64,000 bases of DNA from Callorhinchus milii (GCF_018977255.1 NW_024704743.1:13580001-13644000), one strand, 5' to 3'; shown: positions 38,561-51,663, numbered from the stretch's first letter. Translations and numbers: made by a program. Notes: generated by a model from the letters alone, not told the origin.

Positions 38561-41500
38561 AACCCTCTTGTTACATCTAGTTATTATTATTATAATTATA
38601 GTCCTTGGATTTGATATAGAGCCTTATCATGTCGTTGAGATTTCTCAAAGCGCTTCACAGAATATACTGTAAAGCGTAGTGACTGTATATTTTGTAGGCA
38701 AAACACAGCAGCCAATTATGCACAACAGTGCCCCATATTTGCATTGCTTGTACACACTTTGTCTCCGCCCAGAGATGTATGTATTCTTGCCAACCTTTTC
38801 TTCCTTCCTGTTCCTTTCATCTTGTACCCACCACATTATGGTGGTAAGATGATATAAGGTGTTATATCAACTGCTATATTAAATGTCATATCAAATGTAA
38901 GGATTAAGGCCCCTAGATTCAAAATCTACAAAATTATTGCATGAGAGAAATGGAGCAACAAAATACATTTATAATATGATCTGAAAACCAGGAAGCATAA
39001 AATCTAGTATTTTGCAATATAGTGCAAATGATTTATTACTGATGCATTTTTTTTAGACCATCAACAATCCTGCAATACCAAATAATACCAAATACTGTAA
39101 TACCAAATTCTCTACAGTGACAATGGACTCAAATTTCTATCAGCATAAGCATATTAAAACATCTTACACACTATCAAAGAGCCTGAGAAAGTGGAAACCG
39201 GTGTGGGGAGGAAAAAACAAGGGAAAGAAAGTTGAGAGAATTTGTCTGTGAGTAAACCTAACTGAATGTAGTCCCTCTAAAAGTATTATCGCTCCTGCAA
39301 CATTTAAGGAATGTCACACAATGAGCTTGTTTGCTTCATACATTTTAAGCTCCATGCCAACCAACATGGCCTCCATGCAGTGAGATCTTTGTCTCCCCGG
39401 CATAGTTCAAAACCATTTAAAAGGACTGGTGCATTCCATCTCAAGCCCAAACGCCATGCCTCATATTTCTCTTTCTATTTTTGCAATCCCCAAATCCATT
39501 CTTAGATAATATTTGAAACTCAGAATATTGAACATGCTGTTCTCAGATTTCAGAATTCAAGCAGTGTCTATTGTGATCTATACACTAATTCTAAATCTTT
39601 CCTTTTCTAACAATTTACTCCTGAAGATGTTCCTTTCTCCTCCAACCCCAAGTATGGCTCCACGAGGTAACATTCAGTACATTACCTAAGTGCCTAAGTG
39701 AGCATTCATAATTTATAAGGCACGATAGGGAATGTTAACAGGCCATTCAACCTTGGGTTGGGGGGGTTTGGAGGGAGAAGGGGGCAATCCAACCAAGTGA
39801 GATCCTGCTTCACCTAATATCCACCTACTGACATTTGACGTTAACTGGTAGATAATCTCAAAATGTTCACAGATACTTAAAATAATAAAATGGATTAAAT
39901 TTATTAACACTTGCCATATAAGAATCTTGACAGATTTGGAGCTGAAGCCCTGTTCCACCTAACTCAGGGGTACTGGAAATCATAGCACCTGCACTACTGT
40001 CCCAGCGAGGTCAATTAACTCAGCACACACCAGGATTGAAACCCGCAACTTCCTGTTGTATAATTATAATAATAATAATCTTTGCACCTCATATAGAACT
40101 CATCATGTCAAAACTCCCACAAAATATACAGACAATTCAATCAAAATCCAGTGAAAATATAAAGACTATATTTGGTGGGCATACATGGACAAAACCTAGC
40201 AGCCTTTTCATGTCAACATTTTACTACACGTTTACCAAAAATGTTTTGATTCTGAAACAAATAATGTTCTAAAATGTGGATCATTTAATTAACCACTGAT
40301 TATGCTTGTCATTAATTCTTCATTTTGGACATCACCCACTTTTACCTTCACGAAATGCATTGGCCAATTACGTCTGCCAGCAAATATAATCTCAGTCAGT
40401 CACAATAACATTGGCTCCATAAAATCCACAATCAGATTATTAAAAATAATGGTTGCAAAATCAGTTATAAGCATTGTACAATGGCAAATGAATGCCTTTC
40501 TGAAATTTCTGCCTTGAAATCACTCCCAGGTATCCATTATACTCTTGAGTTCTTCTTGTTTCATTGCAAATATGCTCCTATTCTTAGCTGTAACTGCTAC
40601 TGTTTCTTTCCTTTATTAAAGTCCTACAGTACAATGTGCAACAGTTCAGACTTCTAATTTTGAAGAAAAAATATTGTCTTACTCTCCTTTACAATGACAT
40701 TTGCAATGAACCCAGTCTTGTCTCATCAGATCTAGAGTACCTGCTTCAGTTTGTCATACTATAGGATCGCTACACCGATCAGTACTTGATATTAACTGGT
40801 AGATAACTTCAAAAGGTTCATAAGATCCTTTGAATAATAAAATGGATTAAGTTCGTCAAGACTTCCAATAATGGGAGTGGAGGAAGGTGGTGAGGAGACA
40901 TTACTGTGTATTGATGACATAGAGAAAGAATGAATACAAGACTCTATTCACTAAATTATTTACTTGGGGAAACAACTGCAGTTGTCCTTTGGTACCATTC
41001 TACAGAATGGAACATCTTGTACCCAGTGACATTGAGAACCAACAGCTCAAACCAAATACAAAGATAGCACTACCCTGACATTTGAGCACATGAGGAAGGA
41101 AAGGTCTGGTCTGTAAAACATTGTTTCTCCACCCCCCACTTCCTCTGCCTTAAAAGTGCTGACTTAGCAGTAACTCACTCACACACATGACCATTCTATA
41201 AGTGTGAATCCGGACAAGAAGCAGCAGCACGTTTTGAGACTAGTGGGGAGAATTTCAGCAAAGTTTGATCCTTTTGGTCACCAGACATCCACAATGTTTT
41301 TCCAACAGGGAGATTAACGGATATTGATCAGGAATGAATGCCTTGGTTGATTTCTCACCTCTAGCCCAGAGGCAGAAGCAAACGAATTGGCCAGAGCACC
41401 AGTCCTTAAACCTCAGAAAACATTGTAAATCCCTATTAATGTTTAGACAAGATACACAAATTATCTGCCATTGACTGAATAACATAACAAATCAACAGTA

Positions 41501-42984
41501 AAATACAGCAAGCTATATGTATCCTCTGGAATTAACCTAGTCTATAAAAAAAATTTAACTTTGTTTTAATCCAAAAGGTCATCTTTATTTGTTTTCTGTT
41601 CTCTAATTGTAGCCCTAATCACTTCTCATCTGAAGGACACTCATGATGTCATCAACAGTAACTCACTCAGTTAGTTATTCTTCACTTCTGAACCTCGACA
41701 ATGAACATTAGCGAACAAATCAACTGTGGGAGGAATCATCACAGCTATTCCAGGTTCTGCTCAGTAGAGGCCCGAAATAGCCATAACCTGCAAGACCTTC
41801 CATTTCATTTTAAATTCTAAGATAGCATGGAATTGCAGAAAACGACTGAATTTAAGAACTATCTACAATTCTGTACAATCTTAAATTTTAAGACAAAATG
41901 GCCTCATGGGCTAGGACTAGTAGAATTTTAGGCCTTAAAATTTCACACAGGGGTAGCCCCAATGGTGTGGGCTAGAGTTGCAGATTATGGACCAGGAGAA
42001 GAGAAAGGAAATTTGCTATGAGTCTAGGCTCTGAAATAAAAGAGACATTAGGATTTTCATGTCACATCTTGAGCAAAATCCATAGCACCAGTGAAAAAAC
42101 ACAATACTGCACAAACTGACACAGAAAAAGACTTATAGGTTGCATAAGTTGGGACTACAACGTTTAATATGACTTACGCAAGGTCCGAGTTGCAGGCAAA
42201 CTGCATAAATCGTATAAAATCCGATTTTATCAATAATCTACACTGCGCATGAGTAATTCAATGCAGCCGGTAAGTGCTCAAGTGGTGATGGGTCAAGACT
42301 ACATTTCCTGCAATTCAATGCATCTCCACCCATCGACATGTGCGCACTTGCCAGCAAGCATTGAAATCTCATTGAAATGAAGTTCTTCTGTGCGTGCATC
42401 GACGGATTAAGACTACATTTCCTGGGATTCATTGAAGCCGCACGGTACGTGCGCATGCATCGACAGGTCAGGACGCCATGTCCCGCAACTCAAAGCAAAG
42501 CGCAGGAGTAATGGAGAGTAGGGGAGCGGTGTTACTAGCTAGGAGTAAATAATATGAGTACTGCAAAGAAATCGGAATGGTCTTGATAGGAAACAGAATG
42601 GGACTTGGGTGAAAGTCCAACCCAGGTGATTATACGATTTATAAAGTAAAGACTTATGTGAATTTTACTGTATATGGGCAGTGCAACTATTTCCTGCCCA
42701 TAGTTATTGCCTACTGCACGCAAGATCTCTACAGGCCAAAAACAATACAACTTGTATTTGTTTGCCTGTGTGGACTAATTTGGTATGAGTTGTGGAAAGA
42801 TCGATAACAAAAGTAAACCTGTAAACCAACAAGAAACAGACCACCATTCAAGCCAAAATTCACAGTAAGAATAGCTTCACCTGTACTAAGGAGTATTGGT
42901 ACCAATCACTGCCATTTTGGCTCAATAGATGCATCATCGCTATAAGATCACCTATTATTCATTAGACAACCTTGAAAGAGTCAC

Positions 42985-43142
42985 ATCATAGAATCAAACA
43001 GCACAGAAAGAGGCCATTTGGCGCATTGTGTCTGTGCCGGCTCTTTGAAAAGAACTATCCAAATCAATCTCACTCCTTCACTCCCTCCCCATAGGCCTGC
43101 AAACTTATCCTCCCCAAATGATTATCTAATCTCTTCTCTTAA
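42985..43142 (-). mobile_element. CR1 3' tail
   Basis: Same family as 38109-38340. Confidence 0.75.
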
Positions 43143-43194
43143 CCTTTTATTTTTATTGTACATGAAGCCTTTGCAAATCATCTGTGCAATAGAG

Positions 43195-43512
43195 AGGGTC
43201 AATCCTGATAGAAGAAATGTTGGGCAAGTTTCCTTACTCCACACGCTTCTGTTTACCTAGCAGTATGTAGGAACCCGGTTGTTAGTCGATTGGCGGATCA
43301 CTTTTCCGGGGGTAATAATTCCTTAAAAAATATTAAATTGGTCACTTCAATCCATGACTGTTTATGGGACATTGCTGTACGCAATTGGCTGCCGTGTTTC
43401 ACCCACAAAATATACAGTCAAATCACCGTACAGTATATTCTATGAAGCTCTTTGAGACATCTCGAAGACATGATAAGGCTCTATATCAAATGCAAGGATT
43501 ATTATTATATTA
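43195..43512 (+). mobile_element. SINE, long subfamily, 5'-truncated
   Basis: Carries the GGAACCCGGTTGTTAGTCGATTGGCGGATC segment, core and tail. Confidence 0.85.
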
Positions 43513-43650
43513 TCCTGCTGTGAAATTGGGTCTGCAAAATCCAATTGCACTGAAAAAAGAATTTTGTAAGAGATTCAGATTGAATGTTTACCGAGGGTTC
43601 TAGTATAAAACACTTTGTGGGATACTTGCTCATCAAAGCTACCATAAATT

Positions 43651-43972
43651 CAACAACAACAACAACAAGATTCCATTTATAGAGCGCCTTTCACGTCAGG
43701 AGGACGTCCCAAGGCGCTGCACAGTTGGGTCATGACCCGAGCAGGGGGGAAATGGTCAGGGTGAGGGGAGGGAAGGGAGGGAGCGAGCAGGGGGGAAATG
43801 GTCAGGGTGAGGGGAGGGAAGGGAGGGAGCGAGGAGGAGGAAGAGAGTCGAGAGGGGAGCTGAAGGCACGGTCAAAGAGAAAGGTTTTGAGACCGGCCTT
43901 GAAGGAGGAAAGGGAGGAAGCAAGGCGAAGGCACTGGGGGATGGAGTTCCAGAGCCTGGGGGCTGAGAGGCA
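43651..43972 (-). mobile_element. Young L2 3' end, same subfamily as 1753-4102
   Basis: Highly similar to 1753-2085, including the internally duplicated purine-rich 3'UTR; (CAA)n tail on plus. Confidence 0.9.
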
Positions 43973-45329
43973 CATTCAAAAGTGCAATAAAAAAATGAAG
44001 CAAAGTACATTCCGGAAGGTGTAATTTTTAATGTTCAGTAGTTTTAGGTTTGCATTGATATGAACTTTTTTTAAAAAAAATTGAAAGTAACAAATGATCA
44101 AAGGTTAAATTATTTAGGAATCCAAGTAATTTAACGGTGTCAAAAAATCCAATACTGCAGCTCAATGATTCTCAGCTTCAAGCCAGTTAATTGCTTCTCT
44201 GTGGCCTGACTGAAGGCTAGAACATGAATAGGTCCTAAAGATATGCACATGAACATGAATCTAAAATGTCACCGAAACAGAAAAAGGCTAAAACTTACAT
44301 CGACAAAGGTACTTTGTTATCCAGGACCATTTCGATACCATTTAGATGGCTACGTTGTTAGCCTTCAAAGGGATACTATATTAAACTCCTCTATTCTAAA
44401 CATAAACCTTAGGACAATACTACTTCAAATGTCTCTCCACCGCTTCTATTTTCCAAATTATCTACCCGCACATTCATTCTGTGCTTGACTGCATACTGTA
44501 ATTTTCATTCTGCAGTAACATTACTCGAACTCACTTGATTCTCCAAACGTAGTTCTAATAGGATAACTCTCGGCTTCTGTTACATTCTATTCCATTCAGC
44601 TCGCATATGAGGCCATGTTAAATAACATAGAAAAGTATTGTGGTAACCCACTGCAACTCTCCTTCAACTCAGGCCTACTGCTTGTTCCTTGATCCTCCGC
44701 CCATCTTTGTTTGCTAAGCTTTCAGCCACGATGCCACCGTTCTCTGGAACTTGTTCCCCAAATCCCTTTGTCTGTGGTTAGAGTCTGTGTATGTCTGTGT
44801 GATGTGGGTATATGTGGGGGTATATGTGTGGGTGTATGTCAGACACATGTGGAAACCCATCACAATGCTTAAGAGTTGCACATTTGTATTCCACCTACAT
44901 ATGGGAATTTCCAGGTCTGAAAATGGAATGGTTGCTCACTCCCATGAACAATGTACCCTGCTTAGCTAATTCTAGAGAGTATTAGTTCCAGACATTATCA
45001 GTTCTAGGCATTATCTTTTGTAAAAGCTCCTACAGAAGTGCAAACTGTTATTGCATTACCTGGTCTTTACTTGCTCCTCCATTTCATATTTTGTTTGATC
45101 TGCTTCACTAGGTCTTTATTTTTCTTAGCAAATTTTCTCTCCTGTGCTCCACTCCTGAAAGTGATTTGATTTTCACCTTCTATTGGAAGTAAACTTCCAT
45201 GTTTCTTGCCCAAGAAACCATTATTCTTGTATGAACCTTCACTGAGTTTTGACCAGTGAATCGTAGCAAGCCAATCCTGCCCCCAAACAGAGACACGAGC
45301 TGGCGATCAGGAACAGAAGGGTTTTTTAC

Positions 45330-48300
45330 GCTGTGTGATGGGGATGCATATTGTGTGATGGGATTATATGTTTGGGTATATGTCTCTGTAAATGGGTATA
45401 TATCTGTGGGTGTATGTTTGCATGATGGGGGTATATATCTGTGCAATGGGGCTGTATATGTTGTGCGATGAGGATATATATGTTGTGCGATGAGGATATA
45501 TATGTTATGTGATGGTGGTGTATATTTGGGTATATATCTGTGTAATTGGGGTATATGTTATGTGATGAGAGTATATGTGGGAATGTATACATGGAGGTGT
45601 ATGTTGTGTGATGGGGTATATGTGTGGATGTATGTTGTGTGATGAGGGTATATGTTGTGTGACGGGAGTGTATTTTGTGTGATGGGCATGTTGGGGCCGT
45701 GTGATGGGGGTGTATGTTGTATGATGAGAGTATATGTGGGTGTATATGTCGCGTGATGCTGAGATATATATTGTGTGATGGGGGTATATGTTGTATGATA
45801 AGGATATATGTTGTGTGATTGCAGTGTACGTGGGGACATATGTTGTGTGATGGGGGTGTATGTTATGTGATGAGGGTAACTGGGGATGTATACAGGGGTG
45901 TATGGTGTTTGATGAGGGTATATGGGGGTGTATGGTGTGTGATGGGGGTATATGGAGGTGTATGGTGTGTGATGGGGGTATATGGGTGTGTATGGTGTGT
46001 GATGGGGGTATATGGGTGTGTATGGTGTGATGGGGGTATATGGGGGTGCATGGTGTGTGATGAGGGTATATGGGTGTGTATGGTGTGATGGGGGTATATG
46101 GGGGTGCATGGTGTGTGATGAGGGTATATGGGGGTGTATGGTGTGTGATGGGGGTATATGGGGGGTATGATGGAGTCCTGTAGTCCTGTAGCTCAGTGGT
46201 TAGAGCACTCGCTTTGCAAGCGAGAGACCTGAGTTCAATTCCAGGCAGGGCGAAACCTTGGGCAAGTTTCCTTACTCCACACGCCTAATAATAATCCCTC
46301 CAAAAAAACAAAACAATAATAAATTGGTCATTTTCAATCCACGACTGTCTGTGGGACACTGCTGTGCACAATTTGCTGCCATGTTCGCCCACAAATATAC
46401 AGTCAATTCACTTTACAGTATATTCTGTGAAGCGCTTTGGGACGTCCTCCCGACGTGAAAAGCGCTATATCAAATGCAAGGATTATTATTATTATGGTGT
46501 GTGATGGGGGTATATGAGGGTGTATGTTGTGTGATGGGGTATATGGAGGTGTATGGTGTGTGATGGGGGTGTATGGTGGTGATGGGGATATATGGGGGTG
46601 TATGGTGTGTGATGGGGTATATGAGGGTGTATGGGGGTGTATGGTGTGTGATGGGGTATATGGGAGTGTATGGTGTGTGATGGGGTATATGGGGGATGTA
46701 TGGTGTGTGATGAGGTATATGGGGGTGTATGGTGTGTGATGGGGTATATCGGGGTGTACTGTGTGTGATGGGGGTGTATGGTATGTGATGGGGTATATGG
46801 GGGTGTATGGTGTGTGATGGGATGTATGGTGGTGATGGGTTATATGGGGGTGTATTGAGTGTGATGGGGTATATGGGGGTGTATGGTGTGTGATGGGGTA
46901 TATGGGGGTGTATCGTGTGTGATGGGGGTATATGGGTTGTATGGTGTGTCATGGGGGTATATGTGGGTGTATAATGTGTGATGGGGCTGTATGGGGGTGT
47001 ATGGAGTGTGATGGGGGTATGTGGGGGTGTATGGTGTGTGATGGGGTATATGGGGGTGTATGGTGTGTGATGGGGTGTATGGTGTGTGATGGGTTATATG
47101 GGGGTGTATTGAGTCTGATGGGGTATATGGGGATCTATGGTGTGTGATGGGGGTATATGGGGTGTATGGTGTGTGATGGTGGTATATGGTGGTGTATGGT
47201 GTGTGATGGGGGTATATGGGTGTGTATGATGTGTGATGGGGGTATATGGGGGTGTATGGTGTGTGATGGGGGTGTATGGTGTGTGATGGGGTGTATGGTG
47301 GTGATGGGGTGTATGGGGGGTGTATTGAGTGTGATGGGGTATATGGGGATTTATGGTGTGTGATGGGGGATATGGGTATGTATAGTGTGTGATGAGGGTA
47401 TATGGGTATGTATGGTGTGTGATAGGGGTATATGTGGGTGTATAATGTGTGATGGGGCTGTATGGGGGTGTATGGTGTGTGATGGGGTATATGGGGGTGT
47501 ATGGTGTGTGATGGGGTATATGGGAGTGCATGGTATGTGATGGGGTGTATGGTGTGTGATGGGTTATATGGGTGTGTATTGAGTCTGATGGGGTATATGG
47601 AGATCTATGGTGTGTGATGGGGGTATATGGTGTGTGATGGGGGTATATGGGGGTGTATGGTGTGCGATGGGGGTATATGGGTGTGTATGATGTGTGATGG
47701 GGGTATATGGGTGTGTATGATGTGTGATGGGGGTATATGGGGGTGTATGGTGTGTGATGGGGTATATGAGGGTGTTTGGGGTTGTATGGTGTGTGATGGG
47801 GTATATGGGGGTGTATGGTGTGTGATGGGGTGTATGGGGTGTATTGAGTGTGATAGGGTATATGGGGAATTATGGTGTGTGATGGGGGTATATGGGTATG
47901 TATGGTGTGTGATAGGGGTATATGGGGGTGTATGGTGTGTGATGGGGGTATATGGGGGTGTATGGTGTGTGATGGGGGTATATGGTATTTGATGGGGGTA
48001 TAAAGGGGTATATGGTGTGTGATGGGGCTATATGGAGTGTATGGTGTTTGATGGGTATATGGGGGTGTATGGTGTGTGATGGGGGTATATGGGTGTATGG
48101 TGTGTGATGGGGTTATATGGGGGTGTATGGCATGTGACGGGGGTATATGGGGGGTGTATACTGTGTGATGGGCTATATGGGGGTGCATAGTGTGTGATGG
48201 GGGTATATGGGATGTATGGTGTGTGATGGTGGCGTGTGGAGGTGTATGGTGTGTGATGGGAGTATATGGGGGTGTATGGTGTGCGATGGGGGTATATAGG

Positions 48301-50838
48301 GGTGCATGATGTGTGATGGGGGTATATGGGGGTGTATAGTGTGTGATGGGGTTATATGGGTGTGTATGATGTGTGATGGGGTTATATGGGTGTATGGTGT
48401 GTGATGGGGGTATATGGGTGTGTATTGTGTGTGATGGGTGTATATGGGGCGTATGGCGTGTGACGGGGGTATATGGGGGTGTATGGTGTGTAATGGGGAT
48501 ATGTGGGGGTGCATAGTGCGTGATGGGGTATATAGGGGTGTATGATGTGTGATGGGGGTGTACGGGTGTATGGTGTGTCATGGTGGCTTATGGAGGTGTA
48601 TGTGATGGGGATATATGGGGGTGTATGGTGTGCGATGGGGGTATATAGGGGTGTATGGTGTGTGACGGGGGTATATGGGGGTGTATGGTGTGTAATGGGG
48701 GTATATGAGGGTGTATGGTGTGTGATAAGGTATATGGGGGTGTACTGTGTGTGATGGGAGTGTATGGTATGTGATGGGGGGGTATGGTGTTAAGGGGGTA
48801 TATGGGGGTGTATAGTGTGTTAAGGGGCTATATGGTGTGTTAAGGGGGTTTATGGAGGTGTATGGTGTGTGATGGGTTATATGGGGGGTGTGGTGTGTGA
48901 TGGGGGTATATGGGGGTGTATAGTGTGTGATGGGGGTATATGGGGGTGTATGGTGTGTGTTGGAGGTGTATGGTGTGTGATGGGAGTATATGGGGGTGTA
49001 TGGTGTGCGATGGGGGTATATAGGGGTGCATGATGTGTGATGGGGGTATATGGGGTGTATAGTGTGTGATGGGGTTATATGGGTGTGTATGATGTGTGAT
49101 GGGGTTATATGGGTGTATGGTGTGTGATGGAGGTATATGGGTGTGTATTGTGTGTGATGGGTGTATATGGGGGCGTAAGGCGTGTGACGGGGGTATATGG
49201 GGGTGTATGGTGTGTGATGGGGATATGTGGGGGTGCATAGTGCGTGATGGGGTATATAGGGGTGTATGATGTGTGATGGGGGTGTACGGGTGTATGGTGT
49301 GTCATGGTGGCTTATGGAGGTGTATGGTGTGTGATGGGGATATATGGGGGTGTATGGTGTGCGATGGGGGTATATAGGGGTGTATGGTGTGTCATGGGGG
49401 TATATGGGGGTGTATGGTGTGTAATGGGGGTATATGAGGGTGTATGGTGTGTGATAAGGTGTATGGGGGTGTACTGTGTGTGGTGGGAGTGTTTGGTATG
49501 TGATGGGGGGGTATGGTGTTAAGGGGGTATATGGGGGTGTTTGGTGTGTTAAGGGGCTATATGGTGTGTTAAGGGGGTTTATGGAGGTGTATGGTGTGTG
49601 ATGGGTTATATGGGGGTGTGTGGTGTGTGATGGGGGTATATGGGGGTGTATAGTGTGTGATGGGGGTATATGGGGGTGTATGGTGTGTGATGGGGGTATA
49701 TGGTGTGTGATGGGGTACATGGGGGTATATGGTGTGTGATGGGGGTATATGGGGTGTATGGTGTGTGATGTGGGTATATGGGGGTGTATGATGTGTGATG
49801 GGTGTATATGGGGGGTGTGGTGTGTGATGGGGTTCTATGGGGGTGTATGGAGTGTGGTGGGGGTATATGGGGGTGTATAGTGTGTGATGGGGTTATATGG
49901 GTGTGTATGATGTGTGATGGGGTTATATGGGTGTATGGTGTGTGATGGGGGTATATGGGTGTGTATTGTGTGTGATGGGTGTATATGGGGGCGTATGGCG
50001 TGTGACGGGGTATATGGGGGTGTATGGTGTGTGATGGGGATATGTGGGGGTGCATAGTGCGTGATGGGGTATATAGGGGTGTATGATGTGTGATGGGGGT
50101 GTACGGGTGTATGGTGTGTGATGGTGGCGTATGGAGGTGTATGGTGTGTGATGGGGGTATATGGGGGTGTATGGTGTGCGATGGGGGTATATGGGCGTAT
50201 ATGGGGGTATATGATGTGTGATGGGGTTCTATGGGGGTGTATGGTGTGTTAAGAGGGTTTATGGGGGTGTATGGTGTGTGATGGGGGTATATAGGGTTGT
50301 ATGGTGTGTGATGGGGGTATATAGGGTTGTATGGTGTATGATGGAGGTATATGGGGGTGTGTGGTGTGTGATGGGGTATATGGAGGTATATGGGGTGTGT
50401 GGTGTGTGATGGGGTATATGGAGGTATATGGGGGTGTGTGGTGTGTGATGGGGTATATGGAGGTATATGGGGGTGTGTGGTGTGTGATGGGGTATATGGA
50501 GGTATATGGGGGTGTGTGGTGTGTGATGGGGTATATGGAGGTATATGGGGGTGTGTGGTGTGTGATGGGGTATATGGAGGTATATGGGGGTGTGTGGTGT
50601 GTGATGGGGTATATGGAGGTATATGGGGGTGTGTGGTGTGTGATGGGGTATATGGAGGTATATGGGGGTGTATGGTGTGTGATGGGGTATATGGAGGTAT
50701 ATGGGGGTGTGTGGTGTGTGATGGGGGCTGTATGGGGGTGTGATGGGGTATATGGGGGTATATGGGGGTGTGATGGGGTATATGGGGGTGTGATGGGGTA
50801 TATGGGGGTATATGGGGGTGTGATGGGGTATATGGGGG
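45330..50838 (+). repeat. ~5.5 kb G/T-rich minisatellite, core approx. GGGGGTATATGGGGGTGTATGGTGTGTGAT (~30 bp)
   Basis: Continuous imperfect tandem repeat nearly lacking C on the plus strand; source of all the H/T/P/Y/I-rich ORFs; interrupted by a SINE at 46172-46494. Confidence 0.97.
46172..46494 (+). mobile_element. Full-length SINE with tRNA-Ala-derived head, Deu-like core and L2-type tail
   Basis: Box A TAGCTCAGTGG (46189-46199), anticodon-like arm CTCGC-TTTGCAA-GCGAG, box B GAGTTCAATTCC (46231-46242), tail ending (ATT)n. Confidence 0.92.
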
Positions 50839-50884
50839 AGACTCAGGCCGCACTGTGCACTTCCTTGTTGTGGTGACCCAGGGG

Positions 50885-51197
50885 CTGAGCCGGGGGGCCA
50901 GGGCCGGGGGGGGCGGGTGGCCCGGGGGGGCCGGGGCCGGGTGGCCCGGGGGGGCCGGGGCCGGGGGGGCCGGGGGCCGGGGTGGCCCGGGGGGGCCGGG
51001 GCCGGGGTGGCCCGGGGGGGGCCGGGGCCGGGGTGGCCCGGGGGGGGGCCGGGCCGGGGGGCCGGGGGGGCCGGGGGGGCCGGGGTGGCCCGGGGGTGGC
51101 CCGGGGGGAGGCCGGGGCCGGGGGTGGCCCGGGGGGGGGGGCCGGGGCCGGGGTGGCCCGGGGGGAGGCCGGGGCCGGGGTGGCCCGGGGGCCGGGG
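50885..51197 (+). repeat. Almost pure G/C repeat of GCCGGG(G)n and GGGTGGCCCGGGG units; G-quadruplex-prone
   Basis: ~310 bp nearly free of A/T with dozens of G4-G10 runs. Confidence 0.9.
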
Positions 51198-51375
51198 CCT
51201 CCCCTGTGGTACCTGCCCCGCGACAGACGAGGCCGGTGTCGGGGGTGTGTGTGTGGGGCAGTGAGTGCTGTGGGAGGGGGAGGCCTCCCCGGCTCTGCCG
51301 CCCGGGGTGTGTGTGTGTGTGTGGGGGGGGGGGGGTCCCAGGCCGGGCCGCTCCCGCCGCCGCCGCCGCGCTCAC

Positions 51376-51565
51376 CTTTGTAGTGGACCCGCAGGTTGTT
51401 CTGTGAAAGGCCGATGTAGCTGTACTTGTCCTTCGGGCTCCAGGAGCGCGGCAGCGGGCTCTCCTGCTCGGTGACGGCCGGGTACAGGCGCCGCAGCCGC
51501 TCGGCCAACTCCTTCTCCTGGAAATTCAGCGTCGAGACCCCGTGAAGAGCCGACAGACCGGCCAT
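51376..51565 (-). CDS. RANBP9: RANBP9 exon 1 (MAGLSALHG...LRRLYPAV...NNLRVHYK), start of PRY/SPRY region
   Basis: ATG at 51565-51563; conserved [28 protein letters not shown]; donor AAAG|GTGAG at 51376/51375, phase 1. The start codon is less certain than the donor. Confidence 0.9.
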
Positions 51566-51630
51566 GGGCGCGGCTCTGTGGGAGTGAGGGAGGGAGGGAG
51601 TGCGGGGCTGAGGGAGGCCCGGAGCCGCCG

Positions 51631-51663
51631 CTCGGCTCGGGCTCGGCTCGGCTCGGGCTCGGG
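51631..51663. repeat. (CTCGG/CTCGGG)n microsatellite in the 5'UTR or proximal promoter
   Basis: ctcggctcgggctcggctcggctcgggctcggg. Confidence 0.8.

Noticed and set aside
46172..46250. tRNA-Ala(TGC)-like sequence, also at SINE heads near 207, 1317, 8721, 18441 and 36250
   Set aside because: No paired acceptor stem or Pol III terminator; each continues into a SINE body.
45326..51375. Long His/Pro/Thr/Tyr-rich ORFs (e.g. 47094..48581, 48578..49720, 49606..51375) and Gly/Val/Cys-rich ORFs on the opposite strand
   Set aside because: Translations of the minisatellite; open in several frames because the unit rarely contains stops; no splice or domain evidence.
50843..51375. Collagen-like or Pro-rich continuation of the exon 1 ORF (50843..51778)
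   Set aside because: Read-through past a canonical donor into a G/C-only repeat; RANBP9 homology resumes at exon 2.
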